DNA from: an uncultured Oligoflexales bacterium
GTDB lineage: Bacteria; Bdellovibrionota_B; Oligoflexia; Oligoflexales; CAZZCU01
Assembly (NCBI GenBank): GCA_964652825.1
Contig: CAZZCU010000001.1
Coordinates: 67,249-131,248, forward strand
Direction: 5' to 3'
DNA length: 64,000 nt
Part shown: one piece after another, positions 20,974 through 29,607 of the stretch
How the letters are laid out: each line of letters begins with the position of its first letter
How positions within the stretch are numbered: position 1 is the stretch's first letter
Translations under genes and position numbers: made by a program
Notes under the pieces: model-generated
The model's database searches: none
Seen by the model: only the letters and a program-made list of their open reading frames with translations
Told to the model about the DNA's origin: nothing

Positions 20974-23040
20974 ATGATAAATGATCTGCCCATGACAACT
21001 CATTTTGGCCTAAATCCGGAACAACTCCAAGCGGTGAACACCGTTCACGGCCCACTGATGATTCTTGCGGGTGCGGGGACCGGCAAAACCCGGGTTATTA
21101 CCGCTCGCATCGCGCACATGCTTGGGACTGGCATAGCGCCCGAACACATCGCCGCCGTGACTTTCACCAACAAAGCTGCCCGCGAGATGCTGGAACGCAT
21201 CACCGCCATGCTGCCGGCGGGCGCGAAATTACCACGCATCGGCACCTTTCATAGCTTTTGCCTGGATATTCTCCGCAAATTCCCGCGCCAGGCAGGACTC
21301 ACAACGCGATTCAACATCATAGCTACTTCGGATCAAGTTGATTTAGTCAAACGCGCTCTCGAAGAAAAAAACTGGCAAACCCAATACTATGCCGAAAAAA
21401 TTCTCTACCAGATCAGTAACGCCAAGAACGCACTGCTCGGACCGGACGATGTCGCCGCTGGCGCTTTTACCAAACTCGATCCCGAACTCGATGCCAGCGT
21501 TCTGGCCGCTATCTATGAATTGTATGAGCGGCAATTACAACTCAACCGTGTGATTGATTTTGATGACTGTATCTTCCGCGCCTATCGCCTACTAAAAACC
21601 AACGCCGACGTTCTGGAAAAGATACGACAACGCTTTCGTTATCTGATGGTGGATGAATTTCAGGACACCAATGCCGCACAGCTAACTCTGCTGCACCTGC
21701 TCGCCGCCGAACATCGCAACATCTGCGTCGTCGGTGATGACGATCAATCGATTTATAGTTGGCGTGGCGCTGTCTCCGAAAACTTGCAGCTCTTTGAGGA
21801 TTTGTTCCCCAACCCAGTGCAAATTAAATTGGAACAAAACTATCGCTGCAGCAACGTCATCTTGAATGCCGCCAACACCATCATCAAAAATAATTTTGCC
21901 CGCAAAGACAAAACCCTATGGAGCAAAAACCCCAGCACACAAGATGTAATCATCAATGAATTTGACAATGACGCGAACGAGGCGCGCTGGGTGGCGGAAA
22001 AAATCTATGGGCTGCTGGGGCGCGGCATACCGGCGCACAATATCGCTATCCTCTATCGGGCAAACGCTCAAGCACGCGTGGCGGAACTGGCATTGCGCGA
22101 ATTTAATATTCGTTACAAAGTTTACGGCGGCCAAAGTTTTTTTGAACGCAAAGAAATCAAAGACTTTCTGGCTTACCTGCGCTTGTTGGCGAATCCCGAT
22201 GATCGTCTGGCGTTTTGGCGGGCGATCAATACGCCGCCGCGCGGTCTTGGCCTAAAAAGTCTGGAGCAAATTGACCAGGTCTCGACCCAGGAAAACTGCT
22301 CTCCCTATACGGCCGCAACCACACACGCCGCCAAATTGCCAACACGCGTTCGTCCAATCGTCGCAGATTTTACCTCCCAATTGCAAAACATCCGTGCCAC
22401 GATCCACTCTGTTGATGATCTCGAAGCCGCTTGCCTGGCGATCATCAAAACCTTTCAGCTCGAAACCGATATCAAACTTGGCAGCAAAGACGGCCAGGTG
22501 GCGCAACGAAAACTCGACGCCTTGCGACGCATGCCGATGATGATCAAGGACGCCGCGCACGATATTCTCAAAGACAATCCGCGGGCCGATTGGCGTGACC
22601 TGATCGACAAACTGACGCTCGGTGAATACGAACGCGATGACGACGACAAAAACAATACGCGCGGCACTGTCTCATTGATGACCATTCATGCATCCAAAGG
22701 TCTTGAGTATCAGGCGGTGTTTCTCATCGGCTTGGAAGACGGGCAATTACCGCATAAAAACAGCCTGGAACTCGGCGTCAGCGCGATCGCCGAAGAACGC
22801 CGATTATTCTATGTCGCACTCACCCGCGCCAAAGAATTTTTATTCCTATCGTATGCACTCAGCAAAATCACCAATGGCGAAACCATTCCACGCGAACCAA
22901 GTCGCTTTCTCGCCGAATTACCTGAGGATGGAATTGTCAGAAACATCGGCCCAGGGGAACGCCAGGGCGGTCGGCAAAAAATCGAGAAAGCCACCCTCTC
23001 CAAACGCTTATCCGACTTTAAAGCCTCGCTGCGAACTTGA
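20974..23040 (+). CDS. UvrD/PcrA/Rep-family ATP-dependent DNA helicase
   Basis: AGAGTGKTRV Walker A, VDEFQDTN, QNYRCS, MTIHASKGLEY, RLFYVALTRA. The start is ambiguous (20893 track, 20974 or 20992). Confidence 0.92.
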   Translation: MINDLPMTTHFGLNPEQLQAVNTVHGPLMILAGAGTGKTRVITARIAHMLGTGIAPEHIAAVTFTNKAAREMLERITAMLPAGAKLPRIGTFHSFCLDILRKFPRQAGLTTRFNIIATSDQVDLVKRALEEKNWQTQYYAEKILYQISNAKNALLGPDDVAAGAFTKLDPELDASVLAAIYELYERQLQLNRVIDFDDCIFRAYRLLKTNADVLEKIRQRFRYLMVDEFQDTNAAQLTLLHLLAAEHRNICVVGDDDQSIYSWRGAVSENLQLFEDLFPNPVQIKLEQNYRCSNVILNAANTIIKNNFARKDKTLWSKNPSTQDVIINEFDNDANEARWVAEKIYGLLGRGIPAHNIAILYRANAQARVAELALREFNIRYKVYGGQSFFERKEIKDFLAYLRLLANPDDRLAFWRAINTPPRGLGLKSLEQIDQVSTQENCSPYTAATTHAAKLPTRVRPIVADFTSQLQNIRATIHSVDDLEAACLAIIKTFQLETDIKLGSKDGQVAQRKLDALRRMPMMIKDAAHDILKDNPRADWRDLIDKLTLGEYERDDDDKNNTRGTVSLMTIHASKGLEYQAVFLIGLEDGQLPHKNSLELGVSAIAEERRLFYVALTRAKEFLFLSYALSKITNGETIPREPSRFLAELPEDGIVRNIGPGERQGGRQKIEKATLSKRLSDFKASLRT

Positions 23041-23145
23041 GATTTTGGGTCTACGTTTTTTCGCGACAAAAACACCGCACAATATATTGATATTATTGGA
23101 ATAACTTCTTCTTAAGTTTCGCCCTCGATTACCGATGCTACTCCT

Positions 23146-25320
23146 ATGCAAAGATATATATGTATTATTTTTATAGCCAGCCTGGCCCTGACTCATTCCG
23201 CTTGCTTACGCGGTCCCGGCCTTTTTAAGCAAAGCGGCCAACAAGACAGTACGCTGCTGGTGGCTATGCAAGCAGCGGAAAACGCCGACGGCATCGTCAC
23301 CGCATTTTACAATCCCAATCTGTATGCAACCCAAACTGTCACCGCCTCATTGATGTCGGAGATCGCTGGTTCCAGCATTAATTTTCCGCCTGGCACTTTG
23401 TCGATGTCCACCAACATCTCCCTGGAGCCTGGCTCTAGTTTTGTCGGCGCCATGACCGCGGCTGATCTTGGTTTAACCAGCTTGCAAGCATCAAGCGCGG
23501 CGCTGGCGATTTCGTCCTCTGCCAGTGTAGACGCGTCATCACCATTCACGGTGAATCTGTCGATGTCTTCGCTTGGCTTGCGCTTAGACGAGGCGCAAGG
23601 CAAAGGTAGCATCGCCATTGTTTATTACATTGATCGTGCCGAAGACGGCAAAAAGCTTTTGGGCATTATTCCGCCAAGCGAAGTCACCCGTAACGGTAAC
23701 ATTCTTAGTTTTCGTACCAAGTATTTCGGCGTCTATCAGGCAGCATACATCAGCGAAGACGTCAAAGAGGTCAAGGAAATCGAAGCACCACGGCCAGTCT
23801 TGACCAAAGCCCAGGAAAAACAATTGCCACCGGTCACCTGGGAACTCGGCACACCGACTCTTAGCGGCAATGTCGCGCGCTTTCCTTTTGCGATCAGCGG
23901 ATTGGGCGATATCAAAGAGTGTTCATTCGCCGTGTATGAAAGCACCAGCTCCGCCCCTATTCACATCGCGGCGCCACGTAATGCCTCTCTCTTCTCTAAC
24001 AAATATGGTGCATTCACTTTGACACGTACCGGCTCGTACCAACTGTTCGCACGCTTTGAATGCGTGGATGTGAGCGGTCGTTTCAATCGCTCACCATTCA
24101 GCAAAGCCTTGTCGGTCCATGTACCCCAGACTGGCGCGGGCGGCACTAACCCTGGAAGTGGCGGTGGCGGCAACAGCTCGTCAATCAGCGTTCCGCCCAT
24201 CACCAATCTAACCGCAATTCCTTATTCCAGCATCGCAGTTCATCTGCAGTGGCCACACCCAAGCGCTGACATCAACTATTATCGCGTCTCGTGGTCAACC
24301 GACTCCCATCATAACGATTGTCAGCAAGGCGCCAGAATGGATTTGATGCGTAGCGACGATGCAATGCAATTCGTTGCTATTCGCGGCGTGCTCAACGCAT
24401 TTACTACCTACCATTTTAGTGTTTGCGCTAGTCGTGATCAGAGCATTTGGTCCAGCAGCACCAACATAGCAGCGGCAACGCTGACACGCAGTGATGATAT
24501 CTGTAGCACTGGAACTCTTGACGACGATTGTATCGTCACAATAAATCATCCTTTTTCTGCAACGAAGGTTATTTCCGGAACCGGAGATTTGACGATTCAA
24601 AACGGTGGCACGCTAAGCATGAGTTATATCTCCGATCACTTGATTATCGACATGCTGGGCGATGTAGACGTTCAAAGTGGTGGAATCATCGAAGGCAATA
24701 TCTATGACCTGACCGCACAAAATATTACTGTTGCTGGAACCATACATGCGAACGGGTTTGGTCATGCTGGCGGTACTATCGGTGGCGTACCCCTTGCTTC
24801 ACAAGGAGGTAACTATCCCGGGGGAGGCGGAGGCAACGGCGGTGCTGGCGGTAATTCTGGAACCGGGGGAAGCGGCGGGTCCGCTACGATGCCGCCGCCG
24901 ACGGATGGCAGCCTGTCGAAAGGCGGCGGTGGTGGCGGAGACGGTGGTACTAATGCTGGAGGTGCGGGCGGTGGTGTCATTGATATCAGAGCCAATGGGA
25001 CTCTCACCATAAGCACAAGCAACGCCATCCAAGTCAACGGTAAAAGTCCACCAGGAGGCGCCGAGACCGGCGGCGGTGCGGGCGGCCATATTGTGCTGAA
25101 AGCTACAACGATATCTGGCTCGGGTTCTGTGACTGCACACGGCGGTAGTGGTAGCGGCATTGCTGCGGGTCCCGGTGGTGGCGGGGGCGGCGGTGGATTT
25201 ATCTTTGTGCACGGCGATACCTCAGGGGCAACCCTATCTTGTTATGCCTTTGGTGGCTCGGGTGCTGGCGATACACCTTCCGGAGCCCCTGGTCAGCCCG
25301 GCCTCGTCTCAGGCTGCTAA
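23146..25320 (+). CDS. large secreted/surface protein with an FN3-like module and a C-terminal glycine-rich repeat region (hypothetical)
   Basis: N-terminal signal-like MQRYICIIFIASLALTHSAC (Cys20, non-canonical lipobox). FN3-like PPITNLTAIPYSSIAVHLQWPHP..YYRVSWS. Then GDLTIQNGGTLS / ITVAGTIHANG strand-turn repeats and long GGxGG runs. Confidence 0.7.
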   Translation: MQRYICIIFIASLALTHSACLRGPGLFKQSGQQDSTLLVAMQAAENADGIVTAFYNPNLYATQTVTASLMSEIAGSSINFPPGTLSMSTNISLEPGSSFVGAMTAADLGLTSLQASSAALAISSSASVDASSPFTVNLSMSSLGLRLDEAQGKGSIAIVYYIDRAEDGKKLLGIIPPSEVTRNGNILSFRTKYFGVYQAAYISEDVKEVKEIEAPRPVLTKAQEKQLPPVTWELGTPTLSGNVARFPFAISGLGDIKECSFAVYESTSSAPIHIAAPRNASLFSNKYGAFTLTRTGSYQLFARFECVDVSGRFNRSPFSKALSVHVPQTGAGGTNPGSGGGGNSSSISVPPITNLTAIPYSSIAVHLQWPHPSADINYYRVSWSTDSHHNDCQQGARMDLMRSDDAMQFVAIRGVLNAFTTYHFSVCASRDQSIWSSSTNIAAATLTRSDDICSTGTLDDDCIVTINHPFSATKVISGTGDLTIQNGGTLSMSYISDHLIIDMLGDVDVQSGGIIEGNIYDLTAQNITVAGTIHANGFGHAGGTIGGVPLASQGGNYPGGGGGNGGAGGNSGTGGSGGSATMPPPTDGSLSKGGGGGGDGGTNAGGAGGGVIDIRANGTLTISTSNAIQVNGKSPPGGAETGGGAGGHIVLKATTISGSGSVTAHGGSGSGIAAGPGGGGGGGGFIFVHGDTSGATLSCYAFGGSGAGDTPSGAPGQPGLVSGC

Positions 25321-26211
25321 CTAATCCGCAGTAATGTCGATAATCGTTCCCTGTCGCTCGACATAATCCTTCAACTTCTTGACGATACGCGCTTCGATCT
25401 GACGCGCACGTTCACGGGTGACTCCATAACGATCGCCGATCTCCTGCAAGGTCGCCGGATTTTCCGCGATCAAGCGCGCATTAAATATTTCCAGATCGCG
25501 GCCATCCAAAGTCTTGGCAAACTCCGCCAGATGCTGTGCGAATGCGCGCTGAATTTCCTGACTGGCCAGAACCTCATCCGCCGGCCGATCAGAATTCGCC
25601 AGCAACGAACCACGCGTCACGTCGGTGGTATCGCCGCCCAAGGGCTCGTCCAAAGAAAGATCGGGGCCGCTTAGCCGTTGTTGCATCTCAACGATATCTT
25701 GCTCACTGACATCCAAGCGCTCGGCGAGCAATTTGGTGTCGGCTTTATCATACTCGGCAAGCAGGCGATCGGTTTCCTTGCGCAACTTAAAAAACAATTT
25801 TCTTTGCGCGGCTGTCGTGCCGATTTTGACCTGACTCTTGTTGTCCATGATGTACTTCAAAATGTAAGCGCGAATCCACCAGGCAGCGTAGCTTGATAAC
25901 TTGACGCCTTTGTAGGGATTAAAGCGTTTGACCGCCTGCATTAAGCCGTAATTACCCTCTTGAATGAGATCCAAAAGATTTGACTGGGCTTGGCGGAAAT
26001 CATTAGCTATTTTAACAACCAGACGCAAATTCGAGGTAACCAGACGGTGGGCGGCGTTGATGTCGCCTTTTTCGGTGTGTTTGACCGCTAGCTCGTATTC
26101 CTCTTCTGGGGTAAGCAAAGGATAGCGCGCCACTTCCTGCAGATATAGCTGCAACGGCGACAACCGCTGAAGTTCTTGGCGACCTTTGTTGACGACCGGC
26201 AGGTTAGACAC
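25321..26211 (-). CDS. rpoH: RNA polymerase sigma-32 factor RpoH
   Basis: Sigma-70 region 2 (LRLVVKIANDF, GNYGLMQAVKRFNP) and region 4 (LQEIGDRYGVTRERARQIE), plus the RpoH box QRKLFFKLRKE. Confidence 0.9.
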   Translation of the reverse strand: MSNLPVVNKGRQELQRLSPLQLYLQEVARYPLLTPEEEYELAVKHTEKGDINAAHRLVTSNLRLVVKIANDFRQAQSNLLDLIQEGNYGLMQAVKRFNPYKGVKLSSYAAWWIRAYILKYIMDNKSQVKIGTTAAQRKLFFKLRKETDRLLAEYDKADTKLLAERLDVSEQDIVEMQQRLSGPDLSLDEPLGGDTTDVTRGSLLANSDRPADEVLASQEIQRAFAQHLAEFAKTLDGRDLEIFNARLIAENPATLQEIGDRYGVTRERARQIEARIVKKLKDYVERQGTIIDITAD

Positions 26212-26240
26212 GACGATGATGTTCCTTCTGGGCTTAAGCG

Positions 26241-27194
26241 TTGGAAAGGGTACCTAGCGTGTCAGGGATCGGGATCATAACAAATCCCTACTCAAAACTA
26301 AACAAGCGAGACCCCAGTCGTACCAAGCTCTTGGGCTATATACTTGGCGAACAAGGCAGGCTCGAACTCACCAAATCCCTGGATGAATTACAACGCGTTG
26401 CCTACAAATTCAAGCAAAGCGGTATCGCCACCCTGGCGATCAACGGTGGCGATGGCACGATTGCCAGAACTCTGACAGCATTTATCAGAGCTTACGGCGA
26501 CGACCCGCTACCGCGCGTGGCCTTGCTGCGCGGGGGTACCATGAACGTCCTCGCCAACAACTTGGGCCTCAAAGGCTCCCCAGAAGGCCTGCTTTTCAGA
26601 TTATTGGAAACCATGAGCTCCCCTACCGAGGTCACAACCAAATCAGTACGCACGTTGTGCGTGGATGGTAATTACGGTTTCTTGTTCGCCGATGGCATTG
26701 CCTGCAATGTTTTAAACGAGTTCTATAAAAATAAATCCGGCGCGTTCGGCGCCATGTGGCTCGTCACCAGATTGTGTGCGTCGGCGGTTACCAAAGGCGA
26801 TCTTTATAAGCGTCTGGTGACGGCGCAAAATCTCGAAGTCACTGCCGTGCCCGGACAAACTTTACGCCAACGCTCATGCAGCATCATGGCGGCGACAATC
26901 GAACGCATGCCGATGGGACCTCGTCTATTCCCACTCGCGCAAAAATTCCCCGACAAGTTCCAGTATTTCAACATCACTGCCGAAGAACAAAAATTGATCT
27001 GGCAGCTACCGCTCATTATGGTGCAAAACGGCATCATGGTCAGTTCCTATAAAACCAGTGCCTGTTGCGAAAAATTGCTCGTTAGCTCCGACCAGGCGTA
27101 TACTTACTCATTGGACGGAGAAATTTATCAGGCTGAACAACCAAATCAAATTGAGTTGCAGATCGGCCCGGCGATTAATTTTGTCATCATATAG
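26241..27194 (+). CDS. DAGK_cat / NAD-kinase-superfamily lipid-kinase-like protein
   Basis: GIITNPYS..(N-terminal) and the INGGDGT motif, ~317 aa. The start is TTG 26241 or GTG 26256. Substrate unknown. Confidence 0.65.
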   Translation: MERVPSVSGIGIITNPYSKLNKRDPSRTKLLGYILGEQGRLELTKSLDELQRVAYKFKQSGIATLAINGGDGTIARTLTAFIRAYGDDPLPRVALLRGGTMNVLANNLGLKGSPEGLLFRLLETMSSPTEVTTKSVRTLCVDGNYGFLFADGIACNVLNEFYKNKSGAFGAMWLVTRLCASAVTKGDLYKRLVTAQNLEVTAVPGQTLRQRSCSIMAATIERMPMGPRLFPLAQKFPDKFQYFNITAEEQKLIWQLPLIMVQNGIMVSSYKTSACCEKLLVSSDQAYTYSLDGEIYQAEQPNQIELQIGPAINFVII

Positions 27195-27202
27195 GACGCG
27201 AC

Positions 27203-28267
27203 ATGACTGCAACCAGTTCGGAGCGCCGCCTCAGTGCTCTGCCGCCTCCACCCTCGCCGGAAGTTAAGCGCACGCTGGGAATCAACACGTTGACCATTGA
27301 TTGGTTGGCCGGAGATGGTTCGGACCGCTGCTATTATCGTCTGCAATCACCGCAGTTACCGAACAGTCTGGTATTGATGCAACTATCCGGCGCGGATGCC
27401 GAAGCCCTGCGTCTAAACGGCTATGATTGGGTGACCGTTGGTTCCATTTTGTCCGCGAATCGTGTCGCGGTCCCGCGACTGCTCGCGACCATGCCGGAGT
27501 ATGCGGCGTTAATTATCGAAGACTACGGCAATGTCATGCTCGAAACCAAAGTTATGGAATTATGCAGCCAAAAAAACCATGGGGAGATCGCTGCGCTCTA
27601 CCATCGTTGTATTGATCTCGTCATCAACATGCTGAGAGTACCTCGCTCCGATAGTGCCGTCTGGTGTCGGCGCAGCTTCGATCATGAACGCTTTGTTTGG
27701 GAGCTGAATTTTTTCCGAAAGAATTTTTTGGAGCCGGTTACACGTATTTATTTTGATGACGCGGAAGCGAACAAATTTGACGCGGAGTGCGAGCTGCTGG
27801 CAAAAACCCTGAGCGATCAATCACAATTCTTTGTTCATCGCGACTTTCATTCGCGCAACATCATGTACAAAAATGATCAATTGGCGTTGATTGATTTCCA
27901 GGACGCGCGCCTGGGGCCACCGGCCTATGATCTGGTATCTCTGGTGTTCGATAGCTATATTCCTTTTTCGCAGCAACAACGCCAACAATTGATGGCTGAT
28001 GCAAATCGCAAGATACGTGCCGAGCTTGGGAACGCATTAGGCGACATGATTGCAGCAAGCTGGAAGCCGATGTTGCTACAACGCCAGCTCAAAGCCATCG
28101 GCAGCTTCGGCTATTTGACGTTGATAAAAAACCGCGGCGACTATTTAAAGTACGTGCGACCAGCTTTGGCAACGATTGGTGACGGGCTGGTTGAAGACCA
28201 GCGTTGGCCGCTGCTATCAAGCACACTGCTGGAACGCATGTTGGAACAATTAACCAACCATGACTAA
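27203..28267 (+). CDS. APH-fold sugar kinase, AmgK-like (anomeric MurNAc/GlcNAc kinase candidate)
   Basis: LAGDGSDRCYYRL near the N-terminus. Catalytic loop HRDFHSRNIMY and LIDFQDARLGPPAYDLVSL. Overlaps the downstream nucleotidyltransferase by 8 nt, the gene pairing known for amgK-murU. Confidence 0.6.
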   Translation: MTATSSERRLSALPPPPSPEVKRTLGINTLTIDWLAGDGSDRCYYRLQSPQLPNSLVLMQLSGADAEALRLNGYDWVTVGSILSANRVAVPRLLATMPEYAALIIEDYGNVMLETKVMELCSQKNHGEIAALYHRCIDLVINMLRVPRSDSAVWCRRSFDHERFVWELNFFRKNFLEPVTRIYFDDAEANKFDAECELLAKTLSDQSQFFVHRDFHSRNIMYKNDQLALIDFQDARLGPPAYDLVSLVFDSYIPFSQQQRQQLMADANRKIRAELGNALGDMIAASWKPMLLQRQLKAIGSFGYLTLIKNRGDYLKYVRPALATIGDGLVEDQRWPLLSSTLLERMLEQLTNHD

Positions 28268-29312
28268 ACAGCCGACGGATTTCAAAGCATTGATCCTGGC
28301 CGCCGGGCTTGGAACTCGACTACGACCGATCACCGATCATATCGCCAAACCAGCGCTACCTTTTTTTGGCAGTACTATTCTTAATCTTTGGTTGAACAAA
28401 CTCGCCAAACTAAAAATGCCCCTTGCCATCAATACGCATCATTTGCCTGAGCAAATTCACGAGATCGCCAAGGATGTAACGCTGGAACATCGCGTGACGC
28501 TATCACACGAGCCGGACATTCTTGGTACTGGCGGCGCCCTGCGCAAACTCGACGAGTGGCGCGGGCAAAGCTCGATACTGCTATGCAATGCAGATATTAT
28601 ATCGGCGCTTGATATTGACGCCTTTCTCGCCAAACATCTGGCCGCGGGAAACGCCGCAACCTTATGTTTGCTACGCACGCATCGAGCCGGGACAACGCCC
28701 GTATATGCGGATGACCGCGAGGTCGTTGGCATCGGCAAAATCGAACGGGCCACCGCGAGAACACCATCTGCCCACACATATGCTTGCGCCATGTTATTGT
28801 CGGCACCACTAGTTGCTCATATTCCAACTGGCGTTCACGTGGATATCTGGCCGGCGATTCGCGCCGCCTTCGCTCAGAATCTGTCGGTCGGTGCATTCTT
28901 CTTTGATGGCTTCTGGGCGGATGTTGGCACACCACTCAGCTACTGGCAGACCTGCAAGGAATTTTTGCAGCGGGTTTGCGATAACAACGGAGCCAAATTC
29001 GCCAGCAGTCTTGGTTTATCCAGTTGGCAGGAATCGCTGGTCAACAAATCGCGTTTGTTGGTTTTGCCGGGTACTGCGGAGCGGATGCAAAACGCCTACT
29101 TGTACGGCCCAGCGTTCGTATTTGGATACCATCAGTTTCCGAGCGATCTTAAGCTCGGACCAAACAGCGCTATTTTTGGTTCGTGCACGATCGGCGACAA
29201 CGCAACAATCAAAAACTCACTGTTGTTGCCTGGCACCGAGATTGACGCCGGCGAGTCTTTGGAAGACGTTATCGCTTTTGCGAAAACACGTGTGTCGGTT
29301 GATGCTGTTTGA
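28260..29312 (+). CDS. sugar-1-phosphate nucleotidyltransferase, MurU-like, with C-terminal extension
   Basis: N-terminal ALILAAGLGTRLRPIT..KPALPF motif. 350 aa, which as I recall is longer than canonical MurU (not checkable here). The C-terminal third looks like a left-handed beta-helix-type repeat (FGSCTIGDNATIKNSLLLPGTEIDAG). Confidence 0.6.
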   Translation: MTKQPTDFKALILAAGLGTRLRPITDHIAKPALPFFGSTILNLWLNKLAKLKMPLAINTHHLPEQIHEIAKDVTLEHRVTLSHEPDILGTGGALRKLDEWRGQSSILLCNADIISALDIDAFLAKHLAAGNAATLCLLRTHRAGTTPVYADDREVVGIGKIERATARTPSAHTYACAMLLSAPLVAHIPTGVHVDIWPAIRAAFAQNLSVGAFFFDGFWADVGTPLSYWQTCKEFLQRVCDNNGAKFASSLGLSSWQESLVNKSRLLVLPGTAERMQNAYLYGPAFVFGYHQFPSDLKLGPNSAIFGSCTIGDNATIKNSLLLPGTEIDAGESLEDVIAFAKTRVSVDAV

Positions 29313-29607
29313 TGGGTGTATAGTCAAATCGGGAGTGTATAGGTGGAGCTTAACTTGCAGGGTTGTTTAAAGCTTTCGGCCTTTGTTAGTTTACAAACCA
29401 AAGAATCTGCCTAGTCAATCTGGATCGCGTGTCAGTTAAGAACTTTGCGCTATGTCTTTACTGATCTGTCGCTTAGTGACCGGCGTATTCTGGTTCGCTA
29501 ACTAATCCTGGCACTCAAGCTTACAACTTTAACTTGGGGGATCTTAATATCTACCGGCACCTGGGTGCTTTAAGTACTTAGATCACACACCTGAGAACGT
29601 CTTCGCA

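Noticed and set aside
24813-25160. Proline-rich 115-aa minus-strand ORF (PPPPAPPALVPPSPPPPPP), plus 24799-25212
   Set aside because: It is the reverse complement of the GGN-rich glycine codon runs of the 724-aa protein (GGx read backwards gives CCx = Pro). It is a shadow ORF.
28813-29370. 185-aa same-strand alternative-frame ORF overlapping the MurU-like gene
   Set aside because: The annotated frame carries the nucleotidyltransferase motif and the C-terminal repeat. The alternate frame is Arg/Ser/Cys-rich with no motif.
29452-29505. 17-codon hydrophobic mini-ORF (MSLLICRLVTGVFWFAN) as a possible type I toxin or leader peptide
   Set aside because: It has no Shine-Dalgarno, no flanking structure suggesting a toxin/antisense pair, and is too short to judge. 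It is kept only as a note within the spacer finding.
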